The translations under genes and the position numbers were made by a program. A stretch of DNA of 63,080 nucleotides, the filler included, from Octopus bimaculoides (lineage: Eukaryota): NCBI RefSeq assembly GCF_001194135.2. It is 9 parts of 9 records of this genome, joined end to end, with 100 filler letters (N's around TTAATTAATTAA, not from the genome) between each part and the next. Parts side by side here need not be neighbours in the genome. Positions count along the whole stretch, not along the records: positions 17,787 to 36,544 come from NC_068984.1; 8 more parts are not named here. One strand, 5' to 3'. A model generated the notes under the pieces. It searched no databases and had not been told where the DNA came from. It saw only the letters and a list, made by a program, of their open reading frames with translations. Positions 20,905 through 32,591 of the stretch are shown here, piece by piece; position 1 is the first letter of the stretch, and each line of letters starts with the position of its first letter.

Positions 20905-23160
20905 CAGCTACCTCAACACCTTGTACTGACTATATATTTCCACTACTTACTAGGACTTTGGTTTTGCAACATTGACACTAAGGCCCTTCAATTCTAAACC
21001 TTGCTTCCACACCTGAATTCATTTCTAGTTCTGGTAGTGATTCTGCTATGAGAGCAAGATTATCAGCATAGAGGAGCTCTCAGGGGCAACCTGTCTTGAA
21101 TTCCTCTGTCATTGCCTGGAGGACTATGATAAGAGGGGGCTGAGGGCTGATCCTTGGTAAACCCCTACTTCTACCCAGAATTCTTCACTATACTCATTGC
21201 CGACCCTTACCTTACTAATGGCATCCCTGTACAAGGCCTGTACAGCTCTTATTAACCACTCGTCAATCCCCAGTTTCTGCATCACACACCAGATAAGGGA
21301 TCCGGGGCCCTGTCAAAGGCTTTCTCCAAAAGTCAACAAAAGCCAGGTATAGGGGTTTATCTTTGGCTAGGTATTTCACTTGCAATTGCTGTACCAAGAA
21401 TATAGCATCAGTGGTGCTTCTACCTGACACAAAACCGAACTGCATCTCATCTAAATAGACTCTCTCCCTAATTAGTTGGGCTATGACCCTCTCCGTGGCT
21501 TTCATCACCTGGTCCTGCAGTTTGATACCGCTGTAGTTCTTTCTATCTAAAGCATCACCTTTTCCTTTGTAGTAGTTGACTATGGTGCTGCTACACCAGT
21601 CATTGGGTATGACTCCTTCGTGATTTACAATACGGGTGACTAGGACATAATCCACACCACCAGATAGTTTAAGCATCTCTGCAGTGATTCCTGATGGGCT
21701 GGGGGCTTTTCCTGACTTCATATCATTAACTGCTTTATCTACCAAGGTGCTATCTATTTGGGTAGCTGGTCCCCCTACTTGGTCAACATTTTGTAGGCTC
21801 CTCCCGTTCATTCTCCACATTCAGCAGTCTTTCATAATGGCGACTCCAAGCCTTTTTACTTTGCAGAATCATTAAAAGCAAGTGCTCCATCATCCATGCA
21901 GACACATTTCTCTCCTGTGACATCACAATTTTCTCTCACACACTGACTTGCAATCTGAAATACTTCAGTTCTTTGGTCCTCATGTCACTGGACATTAGCA
22001 AACTTCTTCTTTTCTGCTTCTCCCTTAGCTATGTATACCTGTCGCCCAGCCTCCCTTCTGGCTATCTGGTACAGTTCCCTGCTACCCCAAATCTTACAGG
22101 CTTTCCAGGCCTGTTTTTTTGCTCTAATGGCCATGTCTACTGTATCATTCCACCACCACGTTACTCTAGGTCTGGAAGGGACTTTGCCCCATCTGCAGAT
22201 TTGGTTTGTGGCACTCAGTAAGCTGTCCTGTAAGAATTTCCAGTTACCCTCTATGTCTGAAGTCTGTAGCTCCTCTTCCCTCTCATCAAATTTCTCAATG
22301 AAGCTGTCCCTGAATCTCTGACCATGTGAAGGGTTCTTTAGCTTCCAAATCTTTCTTCTCTGGATTGGTCTGCTTCTTAGAAATCCTTCTGGCCTCGAGT
22401 CTAAAGTCACTAATAACTAGTTTATGCTGGTGGGGTACATTCTTCACCAGAGAGGGTTTTTGTATTTAAGAGCAACCTTGCATCCTGCTGCCTGGTGAGG
22501 ATGAAATCAATCTGATTAGCAGAGTCACCTGATTGATAGGTTATCAGGTGGCTAGCTGGCTTCCTGAAGTTAGTGTTGCAGATTAATAGGTTGCATGCAT
22601 CACGGAGCTCCAGTAGTCTAGTTCCCTTTTTGTTTCGGGAACCAATTCCATGGCTCCCCGTGAACACCATACGACACGCCCATTAAAATCTCCAGCCACA
22701 AAGATGAGGTCATTGCTACTCATCTTTGAGGTAGCCTGTAGGTTATTGTAAATGTGGTTCCTCTAATCATTTGGTAGGCCCACTTGTGGGGTGTAGGCAG
22801 AGATAATTGTAGCTATACTATTCTGCAGAACTAGCCTGAGCTTAAGCACTTTATCACATACCCTGACTATTTCTATGACCTTATCCACCCATTTCCCTGC
22901 AAGGAATATGCCTACACTCCCTACTATATCACTGCTGCCTTCCCAGAAGATATTATACCTATGTGCCTTGCCTGTGAGGACGCTGGCTGAAGCTCCTCTT
23001 CACCTTACCTCTTGTATGCAGCATATATCAACATGTCTCCATTCAAGCATCTCTACTATCTCACTTGACCTACCTTTCAGTGTGCCAACATTGACAGTGC
23101 CAACTCTAAAAAGGAATGTGTGAGGAGACATAGGGAAGGGAGATGTTATTTAGTGCCTGA
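20905..23160 (-). mobile_element. RTE-clade LINE, degenerate (APE endonuclease + RT), internally deleted and 3'-truncated
   Basis: APE motifs RVGTVNVGTLKG..CIQE, LIFVAGDFNGRV, NQIDFIL. RT motifs KSGKAPSPSG, QFGFVSGRSTTDAIF, LYLAFVD, GVYQGSALSP, LLYADNL. Multiple stops and frameshifts. Confidence 0.93.
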
Positions 23161-24929
23161 AAAGAAGGTTTCCATATTTGTTTGATAGACATCATTTTTT
23201 ATCTGTTATCATTTAAGTGTGTCAAGATTGTTACCCCTACTTGTAGGTGTTAGCGGCATCGTGAGTATAAGCATTATGGATATCATAAAAATGTAAATTT
23301 AAGCATTACTGGTCTTGCAGATATAAGTAAATCAATAAAGATAGAGAAAGGAAAATATGAATAACAATATGCCAATGTTAGATTAAGAAGGTGGGCAGCA
23401 AAACTAGTTGCATTTGTCCCGGGGGAGAGAAGGGGAGAGGAAATTGCCAATAAGGGAGGGGGGTGTCTAGTGAGAGAAGAGAGGAACAAGCATACCCATA
23501 CACACACACACGCACATATACAGACAAGAACACACGCACACAGGAACAAGCACGCACATACAGCCTATTAGCTTTCTCTTTTCACTTTGATGCATCCATG
23601 GAAATTACCAAGTTGTTTGTTGACAAATTTCAAGTGAAAACGAAAGATAATCAATTAAGTAGGTGGGCAGCTAAACTAGTTGTATTTGTCCTGGGAGGGA
23701 GAGAGGGAGGTGATTGCAGGTATGATAGAGGATACCACCAGTGAGGGATGGGGTTTCTGGTGAGAGAAGAGAGACATCCGGTATTGGTGGGGTGGGGGTA
23801 AGAATGGGTGGATGCACCGCATACAAGCAAGGGTTGATTTAGAGAGATGGTACAAAAAAATATGTAGCCAACTTGAGAACACAGGAAGGGGAGGAGAGAT
23901 TTCATTTAGAAAATTACATGAAGAATTAAGGTGAAATGTAAGCTGAGAGGGAAAGATTAGGAAGTTATATATTGAAGGGTCAATTTAAATAATTAGCTTA
24001 CAAAAGTAGGTATTAGTAAATAATACATATTAAAATATTAATAGCGAATGGTGAATGAATGCATGAAAAGATCGAAAAACGAAACAATATCTTAGCTTAG
24101 CAATGCATACCTGGGCATCCAAGAACCACCTGCATTGGAATGAATTACGTAAAAAAAAACAGAGGAAAACATGTGAGCTATTACATTATTATAATCAGCC
24201 CTCAAAATTATTAAAACTATTGCTTTATCCATGTTAACTCTATTAACTTGTGATAACCAGTCATCTGCATATTACAAAATTCTATTTTTGAGACAAATTT
24301 AGGCACTCTGAACAATATATATTTCTCCTAGATTCTAGAGATAAATATCTTCTTTGCTTTTCAATGAATACCTTATCATTATTTCATTACCACATGGTAG
24401 GTTCATATTATTGTGATTACCACATGATTTTATCAACATATACAAATTATTACAATCATTTTACCAAACATACAAACAACAATACTGATTCATTATTATG
24501 AATCATCTGCTTACAGGATTATAATCGATATATTCAAATTATTACAATTCTTTTAACAAACATTCAAAGAACAATACTAACTTGTTATTACAAGTCATCC
24601 ACTTACATCTTGAGACAATGAAAATTTCATATTATTTTGAACCTTTTATATTTTTTCCCAATCCTAGAAAAAAAACTTTTTAGTTTATAGTTGTACATAA
24701 GGATTACTTCAGAGTGCTTATTGATTAATTTGTCCTTTTACAAAATTATCTGTAGTGCTTTCTCCAAACATAAGTTGCATACTTTAGATTGTGTCTCATA
24801 TGGTTTCATGCCCCGTTAAACTGACCAAGTGGTTACATAATAAATTCCTTTCCTTTTCAGGCTGCACACAAGGTCTGTGAGTGAAGTGCATTGAGTTTTG
24901 CACTTGTTATAAAATGATGCAACATGGTT

Positions 24930-25215
24930 TCTTTAGTGGTTTTTGAAGCTCGCACCCATGTATGCATAGGCATGTGCATTGGTTTCCACTTTATATTTGT
25001 ATATAATGTTCTTGTGCAAACAGTTATTCTCTAGAGAGCATGCATTTTTGTCTCTACAGTTGCACTTTTTAGTCTCATTTTTGTACCCAGGCTTCCCCTT
25101 ATTGTATTCCCTATTCCTAATTTGTTTAATAGTGTTGATGTCATTGTTATTCCTACCTCTGTCATTTGGGACTGTCTCCTGTAACGCCATCTTCATATTT
25201 TTCAATCCTGTTTTC
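24930..25215 (-). mobile_element. Penelope-like element fragment (linker and start of GIY-YIG)
   Basis: KCNCRDKNACSLENNCLHKNIIYKYKV...YMGASF: CxC..C..C linker followed by the IIY...Y.G start of GIY-YIG, as in C-terminal-EN Penelope-like elements. Confidence 0.7.
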
Positions 25216-25274
25216 TATATCATTCCCCTCTGCTGTGCTAATCTTGATATTGGACTGTTGGATAATGAAAAATA

Positions 25275-25775
25275 AATTCAAGTTCTGCTGTGGATCCACT
25301 GCAGATTCTTTTGGCCTCCACCCATTGTCATGCCCCTATAGTACTGGCCATCTCCCACATCATGCTATCCTTAATGAAATCATAAAGCATGGCCTAAATG
25401 CCTCAGGTTTTACTTTCCCACCCCAATCCAGTGGGACTTGACCAAGGGGATGGTAAAAGGCCTGATGGTATGACAATGTTCCCACTCTGTGGTGATAGGC
25501 CCCTTATCTGGGATGCCACATGCTGTGACACATCTCCAGTGGCAACTTGATGTGTTTAGCTACCAGCCCAGGCTCCACTCCTTATCAGGCTGAGAAGAAC
25601 AAACTATCAGTCACTCTCTGACAGATTCATGGTCAAGCCTGTGGTAGCGGAGGCTCTGGCATTCTCAGCTCCCCTGGACTATATCCCTGCTCACCATTAT
25701 TGGGACAGAGATGACTATCTGCAAGTGCAAGCCCTGTGAGTCAGAGTGGCTGTTCCAGCACATTTTCCGTGCCAT
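25275..25775 (+). mobile_element. CRE-clade non-LTR retrotransposon fragment (CCHC finger + restriction-like endonuclease)
   Basis: With frameshifts it reads CCGSTADSFGLHPLSC..GHLPHHAILNEII...[17 protein letters not shown]...[10 protein letters not shown]...AEKNK...ESEWLFQHI. The RPDG..WD.T.D motif is typical of CRE endonucleases. Confidence 0.75.
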
Positions 25776-26759
25776 CTATTTTGTGTGTTAGGACCATAAG
25801 ATGGTCTGAATTACAGGAAATTGAGAGAATGTAAGAATATCATAGCTTACTACCCGTAGTTGGTCTTTACTACAACAACAAAATCACCAACATTAACCTG
25901 CTACTTTCTAAACTATTAACAGAAAACAATAAATACATTAAATAACATCACTTTCCTTTGATGGAATAGATGGTAGTGGCAATAGGGATATTTTTATAAG
26001 TTCAAATATATGGTTGAACTCATACTAGGTTACATGTAATTGCACAGCATCAAAGTCTGGTTATTATAGATGGTCTTTTGATCTCAGTATGGTTGATAAT
26101 AGAATGCATTACTCATACTTCATTGTACATCAGGCATGCTATACCTATGATATCTTTGTGTACACACCTACTGGCAATAAAAATGTTTTTGTAATATTGG
26201 CATGAGTTTACATACGTGATTTACTCCAAAATATTGTTTCACAAAGTTGATATAGCATTTTATGGAGAAAAAATAAAACTCAAAGTTTCCAGATTTTTAT
26301 CTGTTACTCTTAGGCTCCTGTATCTCAAGTAATCATAAATTAAAATTGTACCTATAGAAAATGGATCAAGTTGTTTTGAATTGTTCTTTATGATAAAGAG
26401 TTTGGAAAACATATTTAAAATGTCATGAAAAGTACTTTCAGGCTTCTTTAAATAGAAGTGTATGACATGTTTTTTTTAATGTTTAAATGAAAAGTTTGGC
26501 ATAAATAGCTCTAATTACAACTTTGACAGATTCATTTTTTTTCTTTCTTGCGATAGGTATGCTGTTAAAGAAATTCCATACTCAGGTGAATATTAAAATC
26601 AAATTGATTGTGAAACCGGCACAACTACTAGCTACTGAAGAAGAAAATATTTATTTCTCTACCTACTATAAAGAGAGTAGGTCTATAATTTCAGGAAACT
26701 GGTTCTACAGCAAGGTAGAAAGGATAGGGTAAACCTACTACTATAAAAAATGAAATTCT

Positions 26760-27420
26760 TAGTTCTTTAAGAAAGAAAAGAAGACCTATATTAACAGTTA
26801 AGGGAGTTTAGAACTGCTGAAAATGAAATTGTTGAAAGATGCTGGTTTTGCTTCTAAATATACAAGGATGCTATTGTGAATCAAAAAAAAAAAAGTACAG
26901 ATTCTACCTGTAAGTGTGAATGGGACTGGTTTCAGAAAATCCTCTGAAGTGAGCTTTTATAGTTATACCCAATGAATGTCACTTTTATACAGCTAGTGAG
27001 AGATTTCAGCTTGAGTTTATTTCATTGAATGTAAATGGTATGGGATGCATTTTCATCTTCATGCATTGGTGAGTTTATAAAGCATGCACTGTCAATTACT
27101 GCATTGGAATAACTAAAATTGTTAAAGAGAAGATAATGCTTTTTGTTCATACTTCAAAAGCAAGAAAAATAGTTGAGAAAAATTCATTGAAAATTATGTT
27201 CTGGTTACATCATAGAGTAGAATTTAAATTCCATCAAGAATATTTGGGCATCTATTGAGAAGAAACTTACTAGAAGAAAATTTGCTAACTCTGATAACAT
27301 TAAGAAGTTCTAAAACATGAATTCAACAATATTCAACACCCACTGCAGAAAAAAAACTGATAGTTTGCTGCAAGGACTGGATAACTTAAAGAAAGCTAAG
27401 AGATGTGCTTATTAATTTGT
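26760..27420 (+). mobile_element. Highly degenerate Tc1-like transposase remnant
   Basis: Eroded motifs DNA..HTS (~27135) and LNSIKNIWA (cf. DLNPIENLW, ~27225), plus W..IL.S.E-like text near 26925-26955. Many frameshifts. Confidence 0.45.
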
Positions 27421-28089
27421 AGAGATATTTCTACATGTCCTTAAATGTTTGTGGATTTTTTAGTATATAATAAATAGTTATTGCAAAAGTTTGTTTAGTA
27501 TTTATCTAACTTTATTCTAAATTGATTTATAATCTTTCCAAAGGTTATGTAAAAGGAGAACTTCATCATTACTTGCTTGGAAATTATTTGTTGTCTGTCA
27601 TTCCTGTTGTAAGACATTGCACTATATTACCACATTTATTTCACTATCGAAATTGCATTGCTCATAACTTTGATGTGCTTTTGGATACATATAACATAAT
27701 TCTGCTGACATCCTACATGATTTATCAGTAGGAAGAACGAAAAGATAAGGAAAAGCATACATCACGTTCTACCTCTGAAAAGTTATCAATAAGATAAGAT
27801 TATTTTATTATATTTTCATCTATATATAGCTAGATCACAAAGTTCCAACACAAAACTTATTAAAGGTAATAAAAATAGAAGGCTGGGAGACAGATCTTTT
27901 ATATACACACATACATTAGTGTAAAAGACATATACACAGAAATATAATAATAAATCTACTTTTACACACCTAGACAGATATTTATCCTACTATACATACA
28001 GTAATAAAACATACATAAAAATGTATGCCTATATACACATTTTTACACCCATACCTACACATACATCTATATATATATACATACACACA

Positions 28090-29067
28090 CATCATCATCA
28101 TTGTTTAACGTCTTTTTTACATGCTGGCATGTGTTGGATGGTTTGACTGAGATCTGGAGAGCCAGCGACTGCACCAGGCTCCAATCTGATCAGACAATGT
28201 TTCTACAGGTGGATGCACTTCCTAACGCCAACCACTCCAAGAGTGTAGTGGATACTTTTTATGTGCTACAGGCAAAGGAGCCAGTCAGATGGGTCTGGCA
28301 TTGATCACATTCAGATAGTGCTTTTTATGTGCCACTGGCACAGGAGCCAGTCAGGGGCTACTGGCATCAGCCACATTCAGATGGTGCTTTTTACATGCCA
28401 CTGGCATGGGGGCTAGTCAGGCGGTCCTGGCATCGACCACGTTCAGATGATGCATTTTACGTGTACTGGAATGGGAGCCAGACAGGGGGCACTGGCCACA
28501 GCTATGATTTTGGTTTTACTTGACTCAACAGGTCCTCTCAAGCATATCATATCGCCCAATGCATCAGGGGTACTCTTAAATGGGCCGGTCATCCAACACT
28601 AGCATCAGCCAAGCTGCGATCTCACTTTAGTTGCCAAGTCTTCTCAGTCACAGCATATCTCCAAAGGTCTTGGTCTCCTGTCATTGCTTCTGTGAGGCCC
28701 AGTGTTTGAAAGTCATGCTTCACCACCTCATCCCATGTCTTCCTGGGTCTACCTTTTCTACAGGTTCCTCCCACAGTTAGGGAGTGGCACTTCCTCACAC
28801 AGCTGTCCTCATCATTACATAACACATGACCATACCAGCACAATCATCTCTCTTGCACACCAACTTTTCTTCCAGGGCGCTTACACTCTGTCATATATAC
28901 ACACTGACATTACACATCCAGCTTCATTTCTTTCAAGCCTACGCATGTCCTCAGCAGTCATGGCCCATGTTTCACTGCCATGTAACATTGCAGTTCGCAC
29001 ACATGCATCATACAGTTTACCTTTCATCCTGAGTGAAAGGCCCTTAGTTGTCAGCAGAGGTAGGAGC
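28090..29067 (-). mobile_element. RTE LINE 3' fragment (C-terminus + 3' UTR + (GAT)n tail)
   Basis: KGKLYDACVRTAMLHGSETWA...WYGHVLCNDEDSCVRKC...GRPRKTWDEVV...*, followed by tandem-unit UTR and the gatgatgat tail at 28090-28100. Confidence 0.9.
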
Positions 29068-30049
29068 TATTCTTATTCTAGTCACTATACTCTCAGTGCA
29101 ACCACCCCCACTTGGTTCACATATATACATATACACACAACCAACCATACACACATGCATATATTTAATCTGGCATATATTTAAATATATAATTTATTAC
29201 CAAACTTTACTTACATACTCATAACCTCTACACACTTCACTTACATACTCATAACCTCTACACACTTCACTAACACATATAATGAAGGGAACACTGGCAA
29301 GTTATTTTTTAAAAAAACATTAATAGACTTAACGTCAAAGGCAATTTAGAGAAAGAGAAGGAGAAGAAAGAAAGAAATTAACAAAATTAAGAGTGGAGAA
29401 ATATAGTGCGATAGATGAGTGGAAATAAAGCTCAAAGGCATGTTAAAAGATACTACTACCTAACTGCACTCATTCTTGTGCACAGTGAAGTGCATTAACC
29501 TATGCAATTAAACTTGTACATTCACGTGCATTTACATACAAACACACACTTCTAGTACATAAGGGACAATAAACCCAGGTAAACTAGAATAACAAATTTA
29601 AAATAAATAAACTGAATGTGATAAAAACTATCATAAGATATATAATAATAACTATAAAAGTAAAAAATAAAAACATTGGCCCACAAACAATCGAAATGCA
29701 ATAGGACAAGTGGGCAGTGCAATCCCACTGTCTGAATTGGTGCATGGTCTGGGAATCCACATGAGTAATGATGCAATATTCCATGGACTTATTACTAAGA
29801 TAGCAACACTGCAGAACCTGAAATAAGGATACCTTGCAACTCCTTTGGAGAACTTTTGTTCTCATTTGTGTGGATTACTGCTCCCAACTGTAGTTGCTGC
29901 AGAGTGTCAAATTGGTGGTGGAACTTGAGGCAGTCCAACACCACTGCATAAGATTGACTCAGTGAAACAGATGAGCTACTGGGAGAAGCCACAAGAACAG
30001 AAGTTCTACTCTCTGGAAAGAAGGCTAAAAAGGTATGCAGGAATTCAAG

Positions 30050-30230
30050 ACAGGCTGCCCCTGGAAGCTCCTCTGTGCTAATGACCTTGCTCTAATAGAT
30101 GAGTCACTACCAGAACTAGAGAAGTTTCAGGTGTAGAAGGAAGGTCTAGAATTGAACAGCCTGAGAGTCAATCTAGCAAAAACCAAATCCTAGTAAATAG
30201 GAAAACAGAGTATAAAGATATGGCATTTCC
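30050..30230 (+). mobile_element. RTE RT fragment (catalytic motif region)
   Basis: TGCPWKLLCANDLALIDESLPELEK..GLELNSLRVNLAKTK, homologous to the 21080-20950 segment. Confidence 0.8.
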
Positions 30231-30434
30231 AGAGAAGTGCTCAACCTGAGTTATGGGCTATCAACACTATCAGATTCCAGACTAATACCAAAATTCTTCC
30301 TTTGTAGGAAATCCTCTTTCCAGGACTGTAAAACTGTTGTGTGGGTGTGAAGATTAAAATATAATCTAAATAATAAGACAAATTCTTTAACACATTTTTA
30401 ATGATCAGTTACAATTGTTTCTTTCACAACTCTT

Positions 30435-30492
<58 letters not shown>

Positions 30493-30512
30493 AGATAGAT
30501 AGATAGATAGAT

Positions 30513-32415
30513 TAAGAAATGGAGTTAAATGTGGGTGTTATTCAAATCTTTATACTTCCGACATATGTTTCGAAGAAAACATTGATATTATTCTTGAGGG
30601 AATAAAATGATGTAAAACAATGTAATCATCTTGTCAGGGAAAAAAGAGAAACAAATCACCTCAATAAGCCATTTTAACTGAATGTGATTACCGTGTATAT
30701 AATTAAGGGAACACTGGCAAGTTATTTTTTAAAAAAACATTAATATATTTAACGTCAAGGGCAATTTAGAGAAAGAGAAAGAGAAGAAAGAAAGAAATTA
30801 ACAAAATTAAGAGTGGAGAAATATAGTGCGATAGATGAGTGGAAATAAGCTCAAAGGCATGTTAACAGATATATATATAGTGGAATTAGAAGAGCAGACA
30901 AAAAAATTTACCTTTATCATATGGAAAGAGTTTAGATAGAATATTCCATTCCAAACCAAATTGTTTATCATGTTCCCTTAGAGACCAAATTAATTTACTA
31001 AGCCCAGTATTGTATTTATTGATATGTCTAAATGTAGAGTAATGGTTAGATATTCTTTTGGACAACTGAGATGAAGAACTACCTCTGTAAAAAAAGACAT
31101 CAGAACCGGAAGTAATTTTACATTGATAAACAGAGTTTCTAGTCTTAGAATTAATGCTAAGGAAACGAATGCAATTCAAATTTATATCAGAAATACTAAT
31201 ACTGTTGTTATTATTGTTCAAAGAATGGTTAGTGTTAATAATAGCAATGTTATTATTTTCATCAAGTGGATTTGTATTTAACAACTTATTGTTATGCGAA
31301 GAGATTATTTGTGAAAGGAAGGTTGTTGGTATTTGAAAACACTATTCTAATTCGGTATAAATTGATAATGGAATGGTATCTTGAATTTTTGGTAAGATTT
31401 TTATCTATAGCTTCACGAAATTGGAAAGGAGGTTGGATTTGATCTGCTTACCATATGGAAGTATCAACCAAACAGTTTTACTAGGACATACCTTATTATT
31501 AGGGTAATTATCCTTAAAAATCCTAGATTTAGCTTCATAATGTAAAAAGGGTCTTAAAGAATAATTATCTCCCTTACACTGCAAAGCTACATTTTTCAAT
31601 TTAGCGTTGTTATTCGAACTAACATTCATATTGTTATTACCGTTATGACATGTTTTCATGTAGAGGTAGAATTAATGTCAATATGGTTAATATAGGTAAT
31701 TTTTTCTTTATTGCCTGCTTTAAGTAAGGCAGAGTTATAAAATTCAGCTTTATCATTGAAGATATCAACATTGGCAGATAATTTAGAAAGTCTAAGTGAA
31801 ATATTTCTAACTATATTCCTTGTGATAGCCTTTGAATGATTACTGAAAGAGCTAATATATTTCAAATTAGTTGATGGTTTATGGTATGGGAAATATGAAT
31901 CATTATATAAGTTAAGGATAATATCCAAAAAGTTGGCTTTAGTTATGTCATCATTGAAAACAATGCTTAAGCCCATGTTTCGGGAAAATTTAACCATTTG
32001 TAATTTTTGGTTAGAAACATTTTGAAGGTAGAGTAGACAATCGTCACAATACAGACCTCCATTGATGTTTGGGAATTGGTCAGCCATCTCATAAACGATA
32101 TATATACTGATCAGATCAGTGATTTGTGCTGAGTCAGAACTTCCCATCATGACATCAAAACTGTCAGGCATATCTTTACGGACCCACAGCTTGTTTTCAA
32201 ATTTAATGATTGATTTTCTGGCAGCTAACATCACATTAATTTCATCCCTGCTGAGACCTGCTTTGTTGTGTGTGAACCAGAGTTCCTTGTTATGTACAAT
32301 TGGGTTAATAGAGGAATAGTAACTAGAAACGTTGAACTGGATAAACTTAGTGCACTTTTTGTTATTAATAGAATTAAACCAGTCAACCACTTGGAACGAA
32401 TTAGACCATAAATTA
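30513..32415 (-). mobile_element. Penelope-like retroelement (RT + C-terminal GIY-YIG), degenerate; Hydra-clade-like
   Basis: RT: FIQFNVSSYYSSI, DVMMGSSDSAQITDLI, GLYCDDCL, NFLDIILNL, FPYHKPSTNLKYISSFSNHS. Linker TVWLILPYGKQIKSN. EN: SVYQCKI..FYRG..RISNHYSTF..GLSKLIWSL..LEWNILS..C.L. The 3' UTR has a hammerhead-like motif and ends at a (GATA)/(TA) microsatellite. Confidence 0.85.
30556..30602 (-). ncRNA. Degenerate type-I hammerhead ribozyme motif in the Penelope 3' end
   Basis: Minus strand: ttcc-CTCAAGA-(weak helix II)-GAAA-catatg-TC-ggaa. Helix I is 4 bp and helix III is palindromic; the core G5 is changed to C. Confidence 0.5.
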
Positions 32416-32513
32416 AGCTTTAATTTTTTAACTAAAGTAAGAATATATTTATCTAGAATATTTTTGCTAAGTACCTCGATATCAAAGCTAGATGGACAGT
32501 CGTAAGGTTAGGT

Positions 32514-32586
<73 letters not shown>

Positions 32587-32591
<5 letters not shown>

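Noticed and set aside
29650-30000. Possible CRE-like pre-zinc-finger segment (AIPLSELVHGLGIHMSND)
   Set aside because: Similarity is too weak and no CCHC or RLE motif follows.
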